A stretch of 64,000 bases of DNA, from NCBI GenBank assembly GCA_035310985.1, contig DATGDH010000037.1, forward strand, positions 37,382-101,381, given 5' to 3'. Below the pieces are notes generated by a model that was not told where the DNA came from, made no database searches, and was given only the letters and a program-made list of their open reading frames with translations. Of the stretch, positions 50,904 through 59,983 are shown one piece after another. Source of the DNA: Burkholderiales bacterium. GTDB taxonomy: Bacteria > Pseudomonadota > Gammaproteobacteria > Burkholderiales > SG8-39. Every line of letters begins with the position of its first letter. Within the stretch, counting starts at the first letter, position 1. The position numbers were made by a program, and so were the translations under genes.

Positions 50904-52169
50904 GTGCAGGCGAAACTCCCGCGCGTGGTGATCCTCGGCTGCGGCTTCGGCGGGTTGTTCGCCGCGCGCGCACTGGCGCATGCGCCGGTCGAGGTGACGG
51001 TGATCGACCGCACCAACCACCACCTGTTCCAGCCGCTCCTTTACCAGGTCGCGACCGCGGGTCTCGCCGCGCCGGCGATCGCGGCGCCGATCCGCCAGAT
51101 CCTGGCGCGCCAACGGAACACAACCGTGCTCTATGGCGAAGCCGAGCGCATCGACCCCGCGCGCCGCGCGGTGGTGCTGGAAGACGGCAGCGAGGTCGGG
51201 TACGAGCACCTGATCGTCGCCACCGGCGCCACGCACAGTTACTTCGGCCACGACGCCTGGCAGGCGCATGCGCCCGGGCTGAAGACGCTCGCCGACGCGT
51301 TCGAGATCCGCGAGCGCGTTCTGCTCGCCTTCGAGCGCGCCGAGCGCGAGCCCGACGCGGCAAGACGCGCCGCCTGGCTCACCTTCGTCGTGGTCGGCGC
51401 CGGTGCGACCGGCGTCGAGATGGCGGGAACGCTCGCCGAGATCGCGCGCCACACGCTGCGCGGCGAGTTCCGGCACTACGATCCGCACAATGCGCGCGTG
51501 ATGCTGCTCGAGGCCGGCGAGCGCGTGCTGCCCTCCTATCCCGACGATCTTTCGGCGAAGGCGAAGCTCCAGCTCGAGCGCTTGGGCGTCACCGTGTGGC
51601 TCGGGCGCAAGGTGAGCGGCATCGACGCCGAAGGCGTCGAGATGGGCGAGGAGCGCCTCGCCGCGAAGACGGTCATCTGGGCGGCGGGCGTCGCCGCCTC
51701 GCCGCTCGGCGCCTCGCTCGGCGCGCCGCTCGATCGCGCGGGACGCGTCATCGTCGAGCGGGACCTTTCGGTGCCGCGCTACCCGGAGATCGCGGTGATC
51801 GGCGACCTGGCGGCGCTGCCCTGGCACGAGCCGCCGGTGCCCGGCGTCGGGCCGGCGGCAAAGCAGATGGGGCGCCGCGCCGCAAAGAACATTCTGCTTC
51901 GTATGCGCCACGAGCCATCCAAAGCATTCCGTTACCGCGACTACGGCTCGCTCGCCACCATCGGCCGCAGCAAGGCGGTGGCCGTGCTCGGCCGCCTCAA
52001 GCTCTCGGGCTACCCAGCCTGGGTGATGTGGCTGGTCGCGCACATCTTCTTCCTCATCGGCTTCCGCAACCGGCTGGTGGTGCTGATCGACTGGGCCTGG
52101 GCGTACTGGACCTTCGAGCGCAGCGCGCGCGTCATCGCCAGCGCCGTCACGAAGAAGAGCGAGGGCTGA
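50904..52169 (+). CDS. ndh: type II NADH dehydrogenase (NDH-2)
   Basis: GTG start. Motifs RVVILGCGFGGLFAAR, TNHHLFQPLLYQVATAGL and a second dinucleotide fold FVVVGAGATGVEMAG. Confidence 0.9.
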   Translation: MQAKLPRVVILGCGFGGLFAARALAHAPVEVTVIDRTNHHLFQPLLYQVATAGLAAPAIAAPIRQILARQRNTTVLYGEAERIDPARRAVVLEDGSEVGYEHLIVATGATHSYFGHDAWQAHAPGLKTLADAFEIRERVLLAFERAEREPDAARRAAWLTFVVVGAGATGVEMAGTLAEIARHTLRGEFRHYDPHNARVMLLEAGERVLPSYPDDLSAKAKLQLERLGVTVWLGRKVSGIDAEGVEMGEERLAAKTVIWAAGVAASPLGASLGAPLDRAGRVIVERDLSVPRYPEIAVIGDLAALPWHEPPVPGVGPAAKQMGRRAAKNILLRMRHEPSKAFRYRDYGSLATIGRSKAVAVLGRLKLSGYPAWVMWLVAHIFFLIGFRNRLVVLIDWAWAYWTFERSARVIASAVTKKSEG

Positions 52170-52509
52170 GCGCGCGCGCGAACTCCGCCGGGTCGAACCC
52201 CACCAGCAGTTTCCCGCCCGCTTCGACGATCGGCCGGCGGATCGCGCTCGTGTTCGCCTCCAGCAGCGCGAACATCCTCGCCTCGGTCAGATTAACCCGC
52301 TGCGTCTCAGGAATCTTCCTCCACGTCGGCCCACGCGTATTCGCGAGCGTCTCCCAGCCCGCCTGCTTCGCCCACGCCTTCAGCTTGCCCGGCGGAACGC
52401 CCGCCTTCTTGTAGTCGTGGAACTCGTATTCGACGCCGTGCGCGTCGAGCCACGCGAAAGCCTTCTTCATCGTGTCGCAGTTCTTGATTCCGTAGATCTT
52501 TACTCGCAT
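52147..52509 (-). CDS. ArsC/Spx-family protein (YffB-like)
   Basis: Start MRVKIYGIKNCDTMKKAFAWL at ATG 52509. 120 aa. Motif RRPIVE. The 3' end overlaps the ndh 3' end by 23 nt (convergent). Confidence 0.8.
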   Translation of the reverse strand: MRVKIYGIKNCDTMKKAFAWLDAHGVEYEFHDYKKAGVPPGKLKAWAKQAGWETLANTRGPTWRKIPETQRVNLTEARMFALLEANTSAIRRPIVEAGGKLLVGFDPAEFARALSPRSSS

Positions 52510-52520
52510 GTCTTGCAGGA

Positions 52521-53465
52521 CTAGCCGCCGGCCACGCCTTGTGTATTGACGTAGAGCGCATAGAGCGAGGTGGTCGCCGCCATGAACAGGCGGTTGCGGT
52601 GCGCGCCGCCGAAGCAGACATTCGCGCAGCGTTCCGGCAGGTCGATGCTGCCGATGAGGCGCCCGTCCGGGTTGAACACGTGAACGCCGTCCAGGCCCTC
52701 CTCGCCCATGCCCCAGCCGCACCAGAGGTTGCCGTCGATGTCCACGCGAAAGCCGTCGGGCGTGCCATTCGGCCCCGCGTCGATCAGGACCCGCCGGTTC
52801 GCGAGCGACTTTCCGCCGACGACATCGTAGGCGAGGATCTTGCGCGGCACCGCGCGCGACTCGACGATGTAGAGGATCGACTCGTCGGGCGAGAACGCGA
52901 GGCCGTTGGGCTGGTTGATGCCCTCGGCGACGTTCGTGAGCGCGCCCGCGGGATCGATGCGATAAACGTTGGTCGCCACCTCGGAAGGTGCCTTGAAGCC
53001 CTCGTACCAGGAAAGGATGCCGAAGCTCGGGTCGGTGAACCAGATCGAGCCGTCGGACTTGCAGACGATGTCGTTCGGCGAATTGAGGCGCTTGCCCTCG
53101 AACCGGTCGGCCAGGACCGTGATTGCCCCGTCGGGCTCGGTGCGCGTGACGCGGCGTGCGCCGTGCTCGCAGGTGAGCAGCCGCCCCTGCCGGTCGCGCG
53201 TATTGCCGTTGGCGTGATCAGACGGCTTGCGCCAGGGGCCGACCGCTGCGGTCTCCTCGTCCCAGCGCCACATGCAGTTCCCGGGCACGTCGCTCCAGAG
53301 CAGGCAGCGAAGGTCGCCGAAATAGACCGGCCCCTCGGCCCAGCGCGTGACGCCCGCCGCCAGGCGCTCGACCTTGGCCAGCGGCAAGCGGTAGCGAGCG
53401 AAGGAAGCGTCCACGTCCCTGACTGCGACATCGGGAACGCGCATGCTGGGTGTCCATTCGGGCAT
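52521..53465 (-). CDS. SMP-30/gluconolactonase/LRE-family beta-propeller protein
   Basis: 314 aa. Motifs EGPVYF, LLWSDV, RLNSPNDIV, GSIWFTDP, QPNGLAFSPD and PDGFRVDIDGNLW. Confidence 0.85.
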   Translation of the reverse strand: MPEWTPSMRVPDVAVRDVDASFARYRLPLAKVERLAAGVTRWAEGPVYFGDLRCLLWSDVPGNCMWRWDEETAAVGPWRKPSDHANGNTRDRQGRLLTCEHGARRVTRTEPDGAITVLADRFEGKRLNSPNDIVCKSDGSIWFTDPSFGILSWYEGFKAPSEVATNVYRIDPAGALTNVAEGINQPNGLAFSPDESILYIVESRAVPRKILAYDVVGGKSLANRRVLIDAGPNGTPDGFRVDIDGNLWCGWGMGEEGLDGVHVFNPDGRLIGSIDLPERCANVCFGGAHRNRLFMAATTSLYALYVNTQGVAGG

Positions 53466-53504
53466 GAACTTACTATAACCCCGTCCGGCGGCCTCCCCTG
53501 GTCG

Positions 53505-55187
53505 TTAAGCCTTTCCTTCCTTGGCAGGCTGAGGATGCGCGCGACGCATGGTCGGCGACATGACCCTGGCGGAGACGTGAAAGTCCCACACCGCGGCGCC
53601 GCCGCTCGCGGCGAACTCCGCCACGCGTTTCGGCAGGTCCTCCAGGCTCGTGAAGGTCTTGCCCGCTAGCCCAAATCCGCGCGCGATGCCCGCGAAATCG
53701 CAGTAGCCGAACACCGATCCGTCCTCGGACATCCCCTCCGAGCGCATCTTGTGCAGCTCGGAGCCGTACGCCCCGTCGTTCATCACGACGATCAGGATGT
53801 TCAGCCGATGACGCTTGATGGTTTCGAGCTCCTGCACGTGCATCATCAGGCTGCCGTCGCCGTCGAACAGCACGACGCTGCGATCCGGGCGCGCCGCCGC
53901 GACCCCCATGGCGAACGAGATGCCGTTGCCGATGGCGCCGAACTCGCGGATGGTGAGGAACTTCTCCTGCGGACGCGAAGGCATCTGGGCGAAGAACCAT
54001 GAACAGTGGCCGCCCGAGTTCACCATCTCCCAGTCGTGCGGCAGGGCTTTCTCCAGCGCCTCGACCACGTCGCGCGGGTCGAGCAGCCCCGGCTCGACCT
54101 CGAACACGTGGCTGTCGGGTTTCGAATCGCGGATGCGCGCGGCCATCGCAGCGCTGCGCCACGTCCGGTCGCGGGCCGGCAAGGCCGCCGTCAACGCCTC
54201 GACTCCCAGACGCGCGTCGGCCCGCAGGTGATGGCGCGCCACCTCCTGGCCCTGGCTGACCGCGACGGGATCGACATCGACGTGCAGCATCTTCGCCTTC
54301 GGCCAAAGCTGGCCGCCGCCGCCCGCATGGTAGGCGAGCGAGCAGCCGACCGCGACGACGAGGTCGGCCTGCGCAAGGTACTCGAGGCCGGCCTCGGGCG
54401 TGAAGCTGCCCGAGATGCCGATGCAGAAAGGATCGTCGTTAAACAGACCTCGCGCGGGAAGCGTCGTGGACAGCACTCCGCCGGTCTTCTTTGCCAACGC
54501 GCGGCAAGCCGCCCCTGCCCCGGCCTCGGCGGCACCCAACCCGGCCAGCACGACCACCCGTTCGGCGCCGGCGACCAGTCGCGCGGCGCTCGCCACGTCG
54601 TCGGGATGCGGCGGAATCGGCGAAAGGCGCGGCAACAGCTTGCGCGAGGGCGTGGGCAGATCCGGCCGCCCCTCCCAGGGCCGGGCCTGCAGGTCGAACG
54701 GGATCCCGATCACCACCGGCCGGCGCTCGCGGCGCGCCTGCAGGAACGCGTCGCGCACGGCAACGGGCATGCGCTCTACCATGTGCAGACGGTGATAGGC
54801 GGCGCCCGTCGCGGTGATGAGCGGCGCCTGGTCGATTTCCTGGTTGTACCAGCCGCTCTTCAGCGGCGCCTCTCCTGCGAACACCACGAGCGGCAAATGC
54901 GCGCGCACGGCTGCGGGGAGGGCGGTGGTCAGTTGCGTCACGCCGGGCCCGCACGTCACGCTCGCCACGCCCACGTCCTGGTTCTTGCGCGAGTACGCCA
55001 TGGCGGCGGCGAGCGCGCAATGCTCGTGCCTGACATACACGAAGCGGCATCCCTCCTCGGACAGCCGCGCGGCCCAGTTCATGTTCGCATCTCCGAGAAG
55101 CGCAAAACATGTGCGCACGTCCTCCTGCGCGAAGGCCTTTGCGAGGATGTCGTACACGCGCGGATTGGCTTCATTCATCATCGTCAT
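53505..55187 (-). CDS. thiamine-diphosphate-dependent enzyme (acetolactate synthase large-subunit-like)
   Basis: Motifs HEHCALAAAMAYS, TCGPGVTQ and the ThDP motif GDGSLMMHVQELETIKRHRLNILIVVMNDGAY. Start is ATG 55187 or 55181. Confidence 0.85.
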   Translation of the reverse strand: MTMMNEANPRVYDILAKAFAQEDVRTCFALLGDANMNWAARLSEEGCRFVYVRHEHCALAAAMAYSRKNQDVGVASVTCGPGVTQLTTALPAAVRAHLPLVVFAGEAPLKSGWYNQEIDQAPLITATGAAYHRLHMVERMPVAVRDAFLQARRERRPVVIGIPFDLQARPWEGRPDLPTPSRKLLPRLSPIPPHPDDVASAARLVAGAERVVVLAGLGAAEAGAGAACRALAKKTGGVLSTTLPARGLFNDDPFCIGISGSFTPEAGLEYLAQADLVVAVGCSLAYHAGGGGQLWPKAKMLHVDVDPVAVSQGQEVARHHLRADARLGVEALTAALPARDRTWRSAAMAARIRDSKPDSHVFEVEPGLLDPRDVVEALEKALPHDWEMVNSGGHCSWFFAQMPSRPQEKFLTIREFGAIGNGISFAMGVAAARPDRSVVLFDGDGSLMMHVQELETIKRHRLNILIVVMNDGAYGSELHKMRSEGMSEDGSVFGYCDFAGIARGFGLAGKTFTSLEDLPKRVAEFAASGGAAVWDFHVSARVMSPTMRRAHPQPAKEGKA

Positions 55188-55293
55188 ACCTTCATGGGTT
55201 CCAGCGTCCTGATCGAGCCAGCACACACCTCCCGGCTGTTAGCCCGAAGTGTCCACTAATTCGGGGGAAGTTTGCGGTCCGCACCAGCTACGG

Positions 55294-55305
55294 GTTAGAC
55301 CGCAT
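55294..55305. repeat. left arm of a 12-bp perfect inverted repeat (gttagaccgcat)
   Basis: Exact reverse complement of 55646-55657. It lies 12 nt beyond the stop of the small membrane ORF, in a low-GC islet. Confidence 0.7.
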
Positions 55306-55317
55306 TCAGCGCACAGA

Positions 55318-55647
55318 CTATAGGCCATAGGTTAATGCCCGCAGAATAAACATCGAGTACAGCACAGCCAAGTAATTGAAAGCGGCCAAGCCAATGGCGA
55401 AACCGAACCGCGCTACCCCGCTGCTCGTAGGCCAGCGTGCGCCCGCCAGCCAGAACAAGTAAACGAACGAGATAGCGACGACGCCCCCGACGAATTCATA
55501 GAACCCGCCCTCCGGGATGAACTTCCTTAGCAACCAAGCTGGCGAAAGTCCCATTACAGCACTCGGGGCGACCCAGCCAGCCGCAAGGCCTGCGACGAAC
55601 AACGGAAGCGAGATTCCGCGAGCCTCAGCAGGGAGATCGGCGCTCAT
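55318..55647 (-). CDS. small hydrophobic membrane protein (109 aa), low-GC gene
   Basis: Three predicted TM segments (LPLFVAGLAAGWVAP, FVGGVVAISFVYLFWLAGA, FGFAIGLAAFNYLAVLYSMFIL). Codon usage is visibly less GC-biased than that of its neighbours. Confidence 0.5.
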   Translation of the reverse strand: MSADLPAEARGISLPLFVAGLAAGWVAPSAVMGLSPAWLLRKFIPEGGFYEFVGGVVAISFVYLFWLAGARWPTSSGVARFGFAIGLAAFNYLAVLYSMFILRALTYGL

Positions 55648-55657
55648 GCGGTCTAAC
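55646..55657. repeat. right arm of the 12-bp perfect inverted repeat (atgcggtctaac)
   Basis: Exact reverse complement of 55294-55305. It overlaps the start codon of the small membrane ORF. Confidence 0.7.
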
Positions 55658-55882
55658 GCTATATGGATACGAAAAGTGTCCAGATAACATCGTCAGCGTC
55701 AGTGCATCTCGCGTCAATGGAACCTTGAATCAACACGTTAGATGCCTTGCGCAAATTTCTGAAGCTGAATATCTGGCAAGAAATGGGACAAGGCGCGGAT
55801 TCGCCTCTGGAATCCGCTTCGCCGCCGGACGACGGGTAAAACGGCGACTAATTGATCGACTAGCGACGCGCCGGCTAGCGCG

Positions 55883-56266
55883 TCATTGGTCGCACGCGCC
55901 CACGCGCTCGGCGTCGACCGTCTCGTGACGGCCGGCGCGCCACATGTCGATGGTCACCGCCTGCGTGGACGCCGAGTTGACGATCAGCTCGCTCGCTTCC
56001 CTGTCCGGGCATTCGACCCGCACGCTCGTGGTGCGCGGCACGGGCTCGCGCACGGTGACGCGGCAGCCGCTCTTCTCGCGCTCGCGCGCGGCGGCGATCG
56101 CGTCGACGACCTTGTCGAGCGGATTGCCGCACAGCGTCGTCTCGCGCGACTCGCCGTTCGCCCTGCTCTTCAGCACCCACTTGCCCGGCTGCACGACCGG
56201 CAGCGCGGCGTAGGTGCTCGCGGCGGCGGCGAGCGCGGCGAGTGCGACGACGATGCGCGCGCTCAT
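55883..56266 (-). CDS. secreted hypothetical protein with four Cys (127 aa)
   Basis: Start MSARIVVALAALAAAASTYA at ATG 56266, with ATGA overlap on the upstream DUF1697 stop. Cys residues at ...TLCGNP, SGCRV, VECPD and GACDQ. Confidence 0.5.
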   Translation of the reverse strand: MSARIVVALAALAAAASTYAALPVVQPGKWVLKSRANGESRETTLCGNPLDKVVDAIAAAREREKSGCRVTVREPVPRTTSVRVECPDREASELIVNSASTQAVTIDMWRAGRHETVDAERVGACDQ

Positions 56267-56802
56267 TTCGCCTTGGGCGCGGACAGGTCGCGCAGCGCGC
56301 GCACGGTGCGCAGGTTGCGCGTCGTGGCGGGCACACCGAGGTGCGTCTCGAAGTAGCGCGTGGTGAGCTTCGACTTGGCGTAGCCGTGCGGGCAATGCAG
56401 CAGCACCGCGCGGCCGACGAGCACCGCCTTCTCGCCTTCGGCGAGAGGCAGCGCCAGCTCCGAGAAACGCGTCTCCGGGACGTGACGGAACATGAACGTC
56501 GCGTGGCAGAACTTCTCCTCCTGCCCCTGCAGCGGGTTCGCGCTGAGGACCTGCTCGAGCTCGTCGGCGCGCAGCACCAGCACTTCGACCTCGTGCCCGA
56601 ATTCCTGGGCGATGCGCGCCTTGAGCGCAGCGGCCACTTCGGACGCGGCTCCCTGCCCGACGAACACCAGGTTGCCGCTCTGGAGGTAGCTGCGCACCTC
56701 GGAAAAGCCGAGCGCCTCGCAGCTCTTGACGAGCTCCGCCATGCCGATCTTCTTCTTGCCGGCGACGTTCACGCCGCGCAGCAGCGCAACGTAGGTCATC
56801 AT
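56263..56802 (-). CDS. DUF1697 family protein
   Basis: 179 aa. N-terminus MMTYVALLRGVNVAGKKKIGMAEL...SYLQSGNLVF is the family hallmark. TTRNLRTV near the C-terminus. Confidence 0.65.
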   Translation of the reverse strand: MMTYVALLRGVNVAGKKKIGMAELVKSCEALGFSEVRSYLQSGNLVFVGQGAASEVAAALKARIAQEFGHEVEVLVLRADELEQVLSANPLQGQEEKFCHATFMFRHVPETRFSELALPLAEGEKAVLVGRAVLLHCPHGYAKSKLTTRYFETHLGVPATTRNLRTVRALRDLSAPKAK

Positions 56803-56903
56803 CTGCGCGCACCACCGCCGTTCGCCATCGCCCTCCCCTTACGTACCCGTAAGCCCCGCGGATCGACCCCGGCCGCCGGCCCATACTCTAACCGCAACCG
56901 TGG

Positions 56904-57764
56904 CTAAATGATCGCGTCCGGGACGACGATCTGCGAATCGTCCCGGTTGCCCCATTCTCCCCACGATGAGACATAGTTCCGGACGCGCGGATAACCCAGC
57001 GACTTGAGCGCGAGAAACGTATTGGCCGAGCGGTAGCCGCCCTGGCACAGCGGGATGACGGTCTTGTCCGGCGTCACGCCCTTCGAGGCGTAGAGCGCCC
57101 GGGTTTCCTCTGCGGGCCGGAGCGCGCCGTGCTCGTCCAGGTGCTCGCGCCAGAAGAGGTGCACGGCGCCCGGAATGGTTCCCGCGCGCCGCGCGCGCCT
57201 TTCCGTGCCGCGGTACTCGGACTCGCGTCGCACATCGACGATGACCGACTGCGCGTCGCCGATGGCGCGATGAACGTCGAACCGTGTCGCCAGCAATTCC
57301 AGGTTGGGCGCGCCCTTGTACGGCGGAGCCGCCGGCGGCGCCTTCGCGGGATCCGGCGGCGGCGGCGCTTCCTTCAACCGCACCAGCGTCCCGCCGGCCG
57401 CAGTCCAGCCCCGCGTCCCGCCGTCGAGGATCCTGACCTCCGGGTGCCCGAGCACGGCGAGCAGCCAGAGCGCGCGCGCCGCCCGCTCGCCGGTCTCGTG
57501 ATCGTAGACCACGACCGGTTTGTCCTGCGACACGCCGCGCGCGCCGAACAGCGTGCGGAAGATCGCGAGGAACGCGTTCAGCGGAGCCTCCGACGAGTCG
57601 TTCAGGCTGACTCCGTAGAGATCGAGGTGCCTGCTTCCCTCGACGTGGCCGAGCGAGAAATCCTCCGCCGGCCGCACGTCGAGCAGCGTGACTTGCCCCA
57701 GGCGCGCGGCGAGCGTGCGCGCGTCGATCAGATACCTGCGGTCCGGAAAATTCTCGATCGGCAT
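56904..57764 (-). CDS. tandem-rhodanese sulfurtransferase (thiosulfate/3-mercaptopyruvate type)
   Basis: I prefer ATG 57764 (MPIENFPDRRYLIDARTLAARL), which is preceded by GAGGAG, over the track start at 57854. Two rhodanese domains. Active-site loop CQGGYRS. Confidence 0.8.
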   Translation of the reverse strand: MPIENFPDRRYLIDARTLAARLGQVTLLDVRPAEDFSLGHVEGSRHLDLYGVSLNDSSEAPLNAFLAIFRTLFGARGVSQDKPVVVYDHETGERAARALWLLAVLGHPEVRILDGGTRGWTAAGGTLVRLKEAPPPPDPAKAPPAAPPYKGAPNLELLATRFDVHRAIGDAQSVIVDVRRESEYRGTERRARRAGTIPGAVHLFWREHLDEHGALRPAEETRALYASKGVTPDKTVIPLCQGGYRSANTFLALKSLGYPRVRNYVSSWGEWGNRDDSQIVVPDAII

Positions 57765-57862
57765 CGAAGGCTCCTCTGGTGCGCGGAATTGCCAGTCCGC
57801 GAATTCGCCCGGCTCGAGTCCTTTTCGCGAATAATAGGCGATATTCACCTTCACTGACGCCG

Positions 57863-58921
57863 ATGGACCAGAACTCCTCCGCCGCCGAGTCCCTCAACGG
57901 GGAGCTCACGTCGGCGTACCTCTACCGCGTGATCGCGCAGCACGAGCAGGAGCCGCGCCGCAGGCGCCTGTTCGAGGAGCTGGCGCGCGACGCCGAATCG
58001 CAGGCCGAGCACTGGCGCGGCCTGCTTGCGCGGGCGGGCTCGCCCGCCGCGCCTTTTGCGCCTTCGCCGCGCGCGCGGCTCATCGCGCTGCTCGTGCGCG
58101 CCTTCGGCGCGGAGCGCCTGACGCACGCGCTCACCGCGATGAAGGTGCGCGGCATGTCGGTCTACCGCGGCGGCGCGCCGCGCGGCGTCGGCGCGCTGCC
58201 CTCGGAGCACGACGAGGTCGGCGAGCGCCACCAGCCCGGCTCTCAGGCCGGCGCAGCGGGCGGCCTGCGCGCCGCGGTGTTCGGCGTGAACGACGGACTG
58301 GTGTCGAACGCAAGCCTGATCCTCGGCGTCGCCGGCGCGGGCAGCGGCAACGCGACGATCCTGCTCGCGGGGGTCGCCGGCCTGCTCGCGGGCGCCTTCT
58401 CGATGGCCGCGGGCGAGTACGTCTCGATGCGCTCGCAGCGCGAGATGTACGAGCACCAGATCGCGCTCGAGAAGGCGGAGCTCGCAGCCTATCCCGAGGA
58501 AGAGGCCGAGGAGCTGGCGCTCATCTTCGAGGCGCGCGGAATGCCGGCTGGCGAGGCGCGCGTGCACGCGGCGCGCCTGATCGCCGACCCGCGCCAGGCG
58601 CTCGAGACGCTCACGCGCGAGGAGCTTGGACTGAACCCGGGCGAGCTCGGCTCGCCCTGGGGCGCCGCGATCTATTCGTTCGTGTCGTTCGCGCTCGGCA
58701 GCGCGCTGCCGCTCCTGCCGTACGTGTTCTGGCGCGGGCCGCATGCGCTCGGCGCGGCGATCGGCCTGTCGGCGTTCGCCCTGTTCCTCGTCGGCGCGGC
58801 GACGAGCCTGTTCACCGGGCGCTCCGCCGCCGCCGGCGGGCTGCGCATGCTGGCGATCGGCGCCGCCGCGGGCGCGGTTACCTACGCGATCGGCGCCGCG
58901 CTCGGCGTGTCGCTCGGCTAG
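57863..58921 (+). CDS. ferritin-like domain fused to VIT1/CCC1 iron/manganese transporter (MbfA-like)
   Basis: ATG 57863. N-terminal ferritin-like helices ELTSAYLYRVIA...ARDAESQAEHW. VIT1 motifs AAVFGVNDGLVSN and FSMAAGEYVSMRSQRE. Confidence 0.75.
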   Translation: MDQNSSAAESLNGELTSAYLYRVIAQHEQEPRRRRLFEELARDAESQAEHWRGLLARAGSPAAPFAPSPRARLIALLVRAFGAERLTHALTAMKVRGMSVYRGGAPRGVGALPSEHDEVGERHQPGSQAGAAGGLRAAVFGVNDGLVSNASLILGVAGAGSGNATILLAGVAGLLAGAFSMAAGEYVSMRSQREMYEHQIALEKAELAAYPEEEAEELALIFEARGMPAGEARVHAARLIADPRQALETLTREELGLNPGELGSPWGAAIYSFVSFALGSALPLLPYVFWRGPHALGAAIGLSAFALFLVGAATSLFTGRSAAAGGLRMLAIGAAAGAVTYAIGAALGVSLG

Positions 58922-58925
58922 CCGC

Positions 58926-59414
58926 TCAGTTAGCCGCTCGGCGCGCCCGCGCGCCCGTCTGCGGCGCGCCGCGCGCGAGCTCTTCCGCGCTCGCCGAGCG
59001 CACCGCGAGCACGCGGCAGGCGAAGTTCAGCGCCATGCCGGCGAGCGGATGGTTGGCGTCCAGCACCACCATCTCGTCGGCTAGGTCGGTGACCGTGTAC
59101 AGCCGCGGCTCGCCGTCGTCGAACGCGTCCTCGACCTGCATGCCGATCCCCAGCCCCTCGCCGTAGCGGCCGCGCGGCTCGACGCGCAGCAGCACCGGGT
59201 CGTATTCGCCGAAGGCCTGCTCGGGCTCGAGGTGCACGCGCACTACGTCGCCCGCGCTCTTGCCTTCGAGCGCGCGCTCGAGCGCGTCGAGCAGGCCGCC
59301 GTAGCCGCCGTGCAGGTAGACGAACGGCTCCTCGCCCGCCTGCAGCAGCGCGCCCTGCGCGTCGTACAGGTCGACTGCCAGCTCGACCACCGTATTCTCG
59401 GCGACCACCGCCAA
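58926..59414 (-). CDS. slyD: FKBP-type peptidyl-prolyl cis-trans isomerase (SlyD-like)
   Basis: No ATG is available. TTG 59414 (or GTG 59408) lies 2 nt after the bcp stop. Motifs VVELAVDLYDAQG, YLHGGYGGLL and LDANHPLAGMALNFACRVLAVRSASAEEL. Confidence 0.75.
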   Translation of the reverse strand: MAVVAENTVVELAVDLYDAQGALLQAGEEPFVYLHGGYGGLLDALERALEGKSAGDVVRVHLEPEQAFGEYDPVLLRVEPRGRYGEGLGIGMQVEDAFDDGEPRLYTVTDLADEMVVLDANHPLAGMALNFACRVLAVRSASAEELARGAPQTGARARRAAN

Positions 59415-59416
59415 GT

Positions 59417-59887
59417 TCAGGCCTTCAGCTTGCGCACCACTTCGAACACGTCGAGCGCGTGGCCGCGCGGGTTCACGCCGTAGGCGGCGTAGCGGATCAC
59501 GCCCTTCTTGTCGATCACGAAGGTCGAGCGCACCAGGCACTCGCGCAGCACGCCCTCGTTCTCCTTCTGCTGCAGCACGCCGTAGCGGCGGCACACGTCG
59601 CCGTCGAGGTCCGACAGCAGCCCGACCGAAACCCCGTGCTTGTCGCGGAAGCTCGCGTGCGTCAGGCAGTCGTCGCGCGACACGCCGAGCACCACGCAAT
59701 CGTGCTTGTTGAACTGGTCTTCGTGGTCGGAGAAATCCACCGCCTGCATCGTGCAGCCCGGCGTGCCGTCGCGCGGATAAAAATAAAGCACGACGTGCTT
59801 CCGGCCCTTGTAGTCCGACAGGCTGATGCTCTGCATGTCGGCGTCGGGCAGGGAGAACGTTGGCGCGGGCTGTCCGGTCTGCAACAT
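59417..59887 (-). CDS. bcp: thiol peroxidase / peroxiredoxin Bcp
   Basis: 156 aa. Motifs VVLYFYPRDGTPGCTMQA and RSTFVIDKKGVI. Confidence 0.9.
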   Translation of the reverse strand: MLQTGQPAPTFSLPDADMQSISLSDYKGRKHVVLYFYPRDGTPGCTMQAVDFSDHEDQFNKHDCVVLGVSRDDCLTHASFRDKHGVSVGLLSDLDGDVCRRYGVLQQKENEGVLRECLVRSTFVIDKKGVIRYAAYGVNPRGHALDVFEVVRKLKA

Positions 59888-59971
59888 GTCGCGCCGATTC
59901 TAAAGCATCGTGTCGGCGCCATGGCAAGTATCCCGGCGACCGGCGCCGCGCTCGAGCGCGCCGCGCGCACA

Positions 59972-59977
59972 TATAAT
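59972..59977 (+). promoter_or_regulatory. consensus TATAAT placed for a leaderless roxA-like transcript
   Basis: TATAAT ends 6 nt before ATG 59984, so the A sits 7 nt after the hexamer, the usual +1 distance. No Shine-Dalgarno sequence lies between them. Confidence 0.35.
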
Positions 59978-59983
59978 CGCGCG

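Noticed and set aside
55725-55928. 67-aa plus-strand ORF in the low-GC islet
   Set aside because: It has no RBS and its Arg-rich translation is not protein-like. It overlaps the 3' end of the better-supported minus-strand secreted-protein gene.
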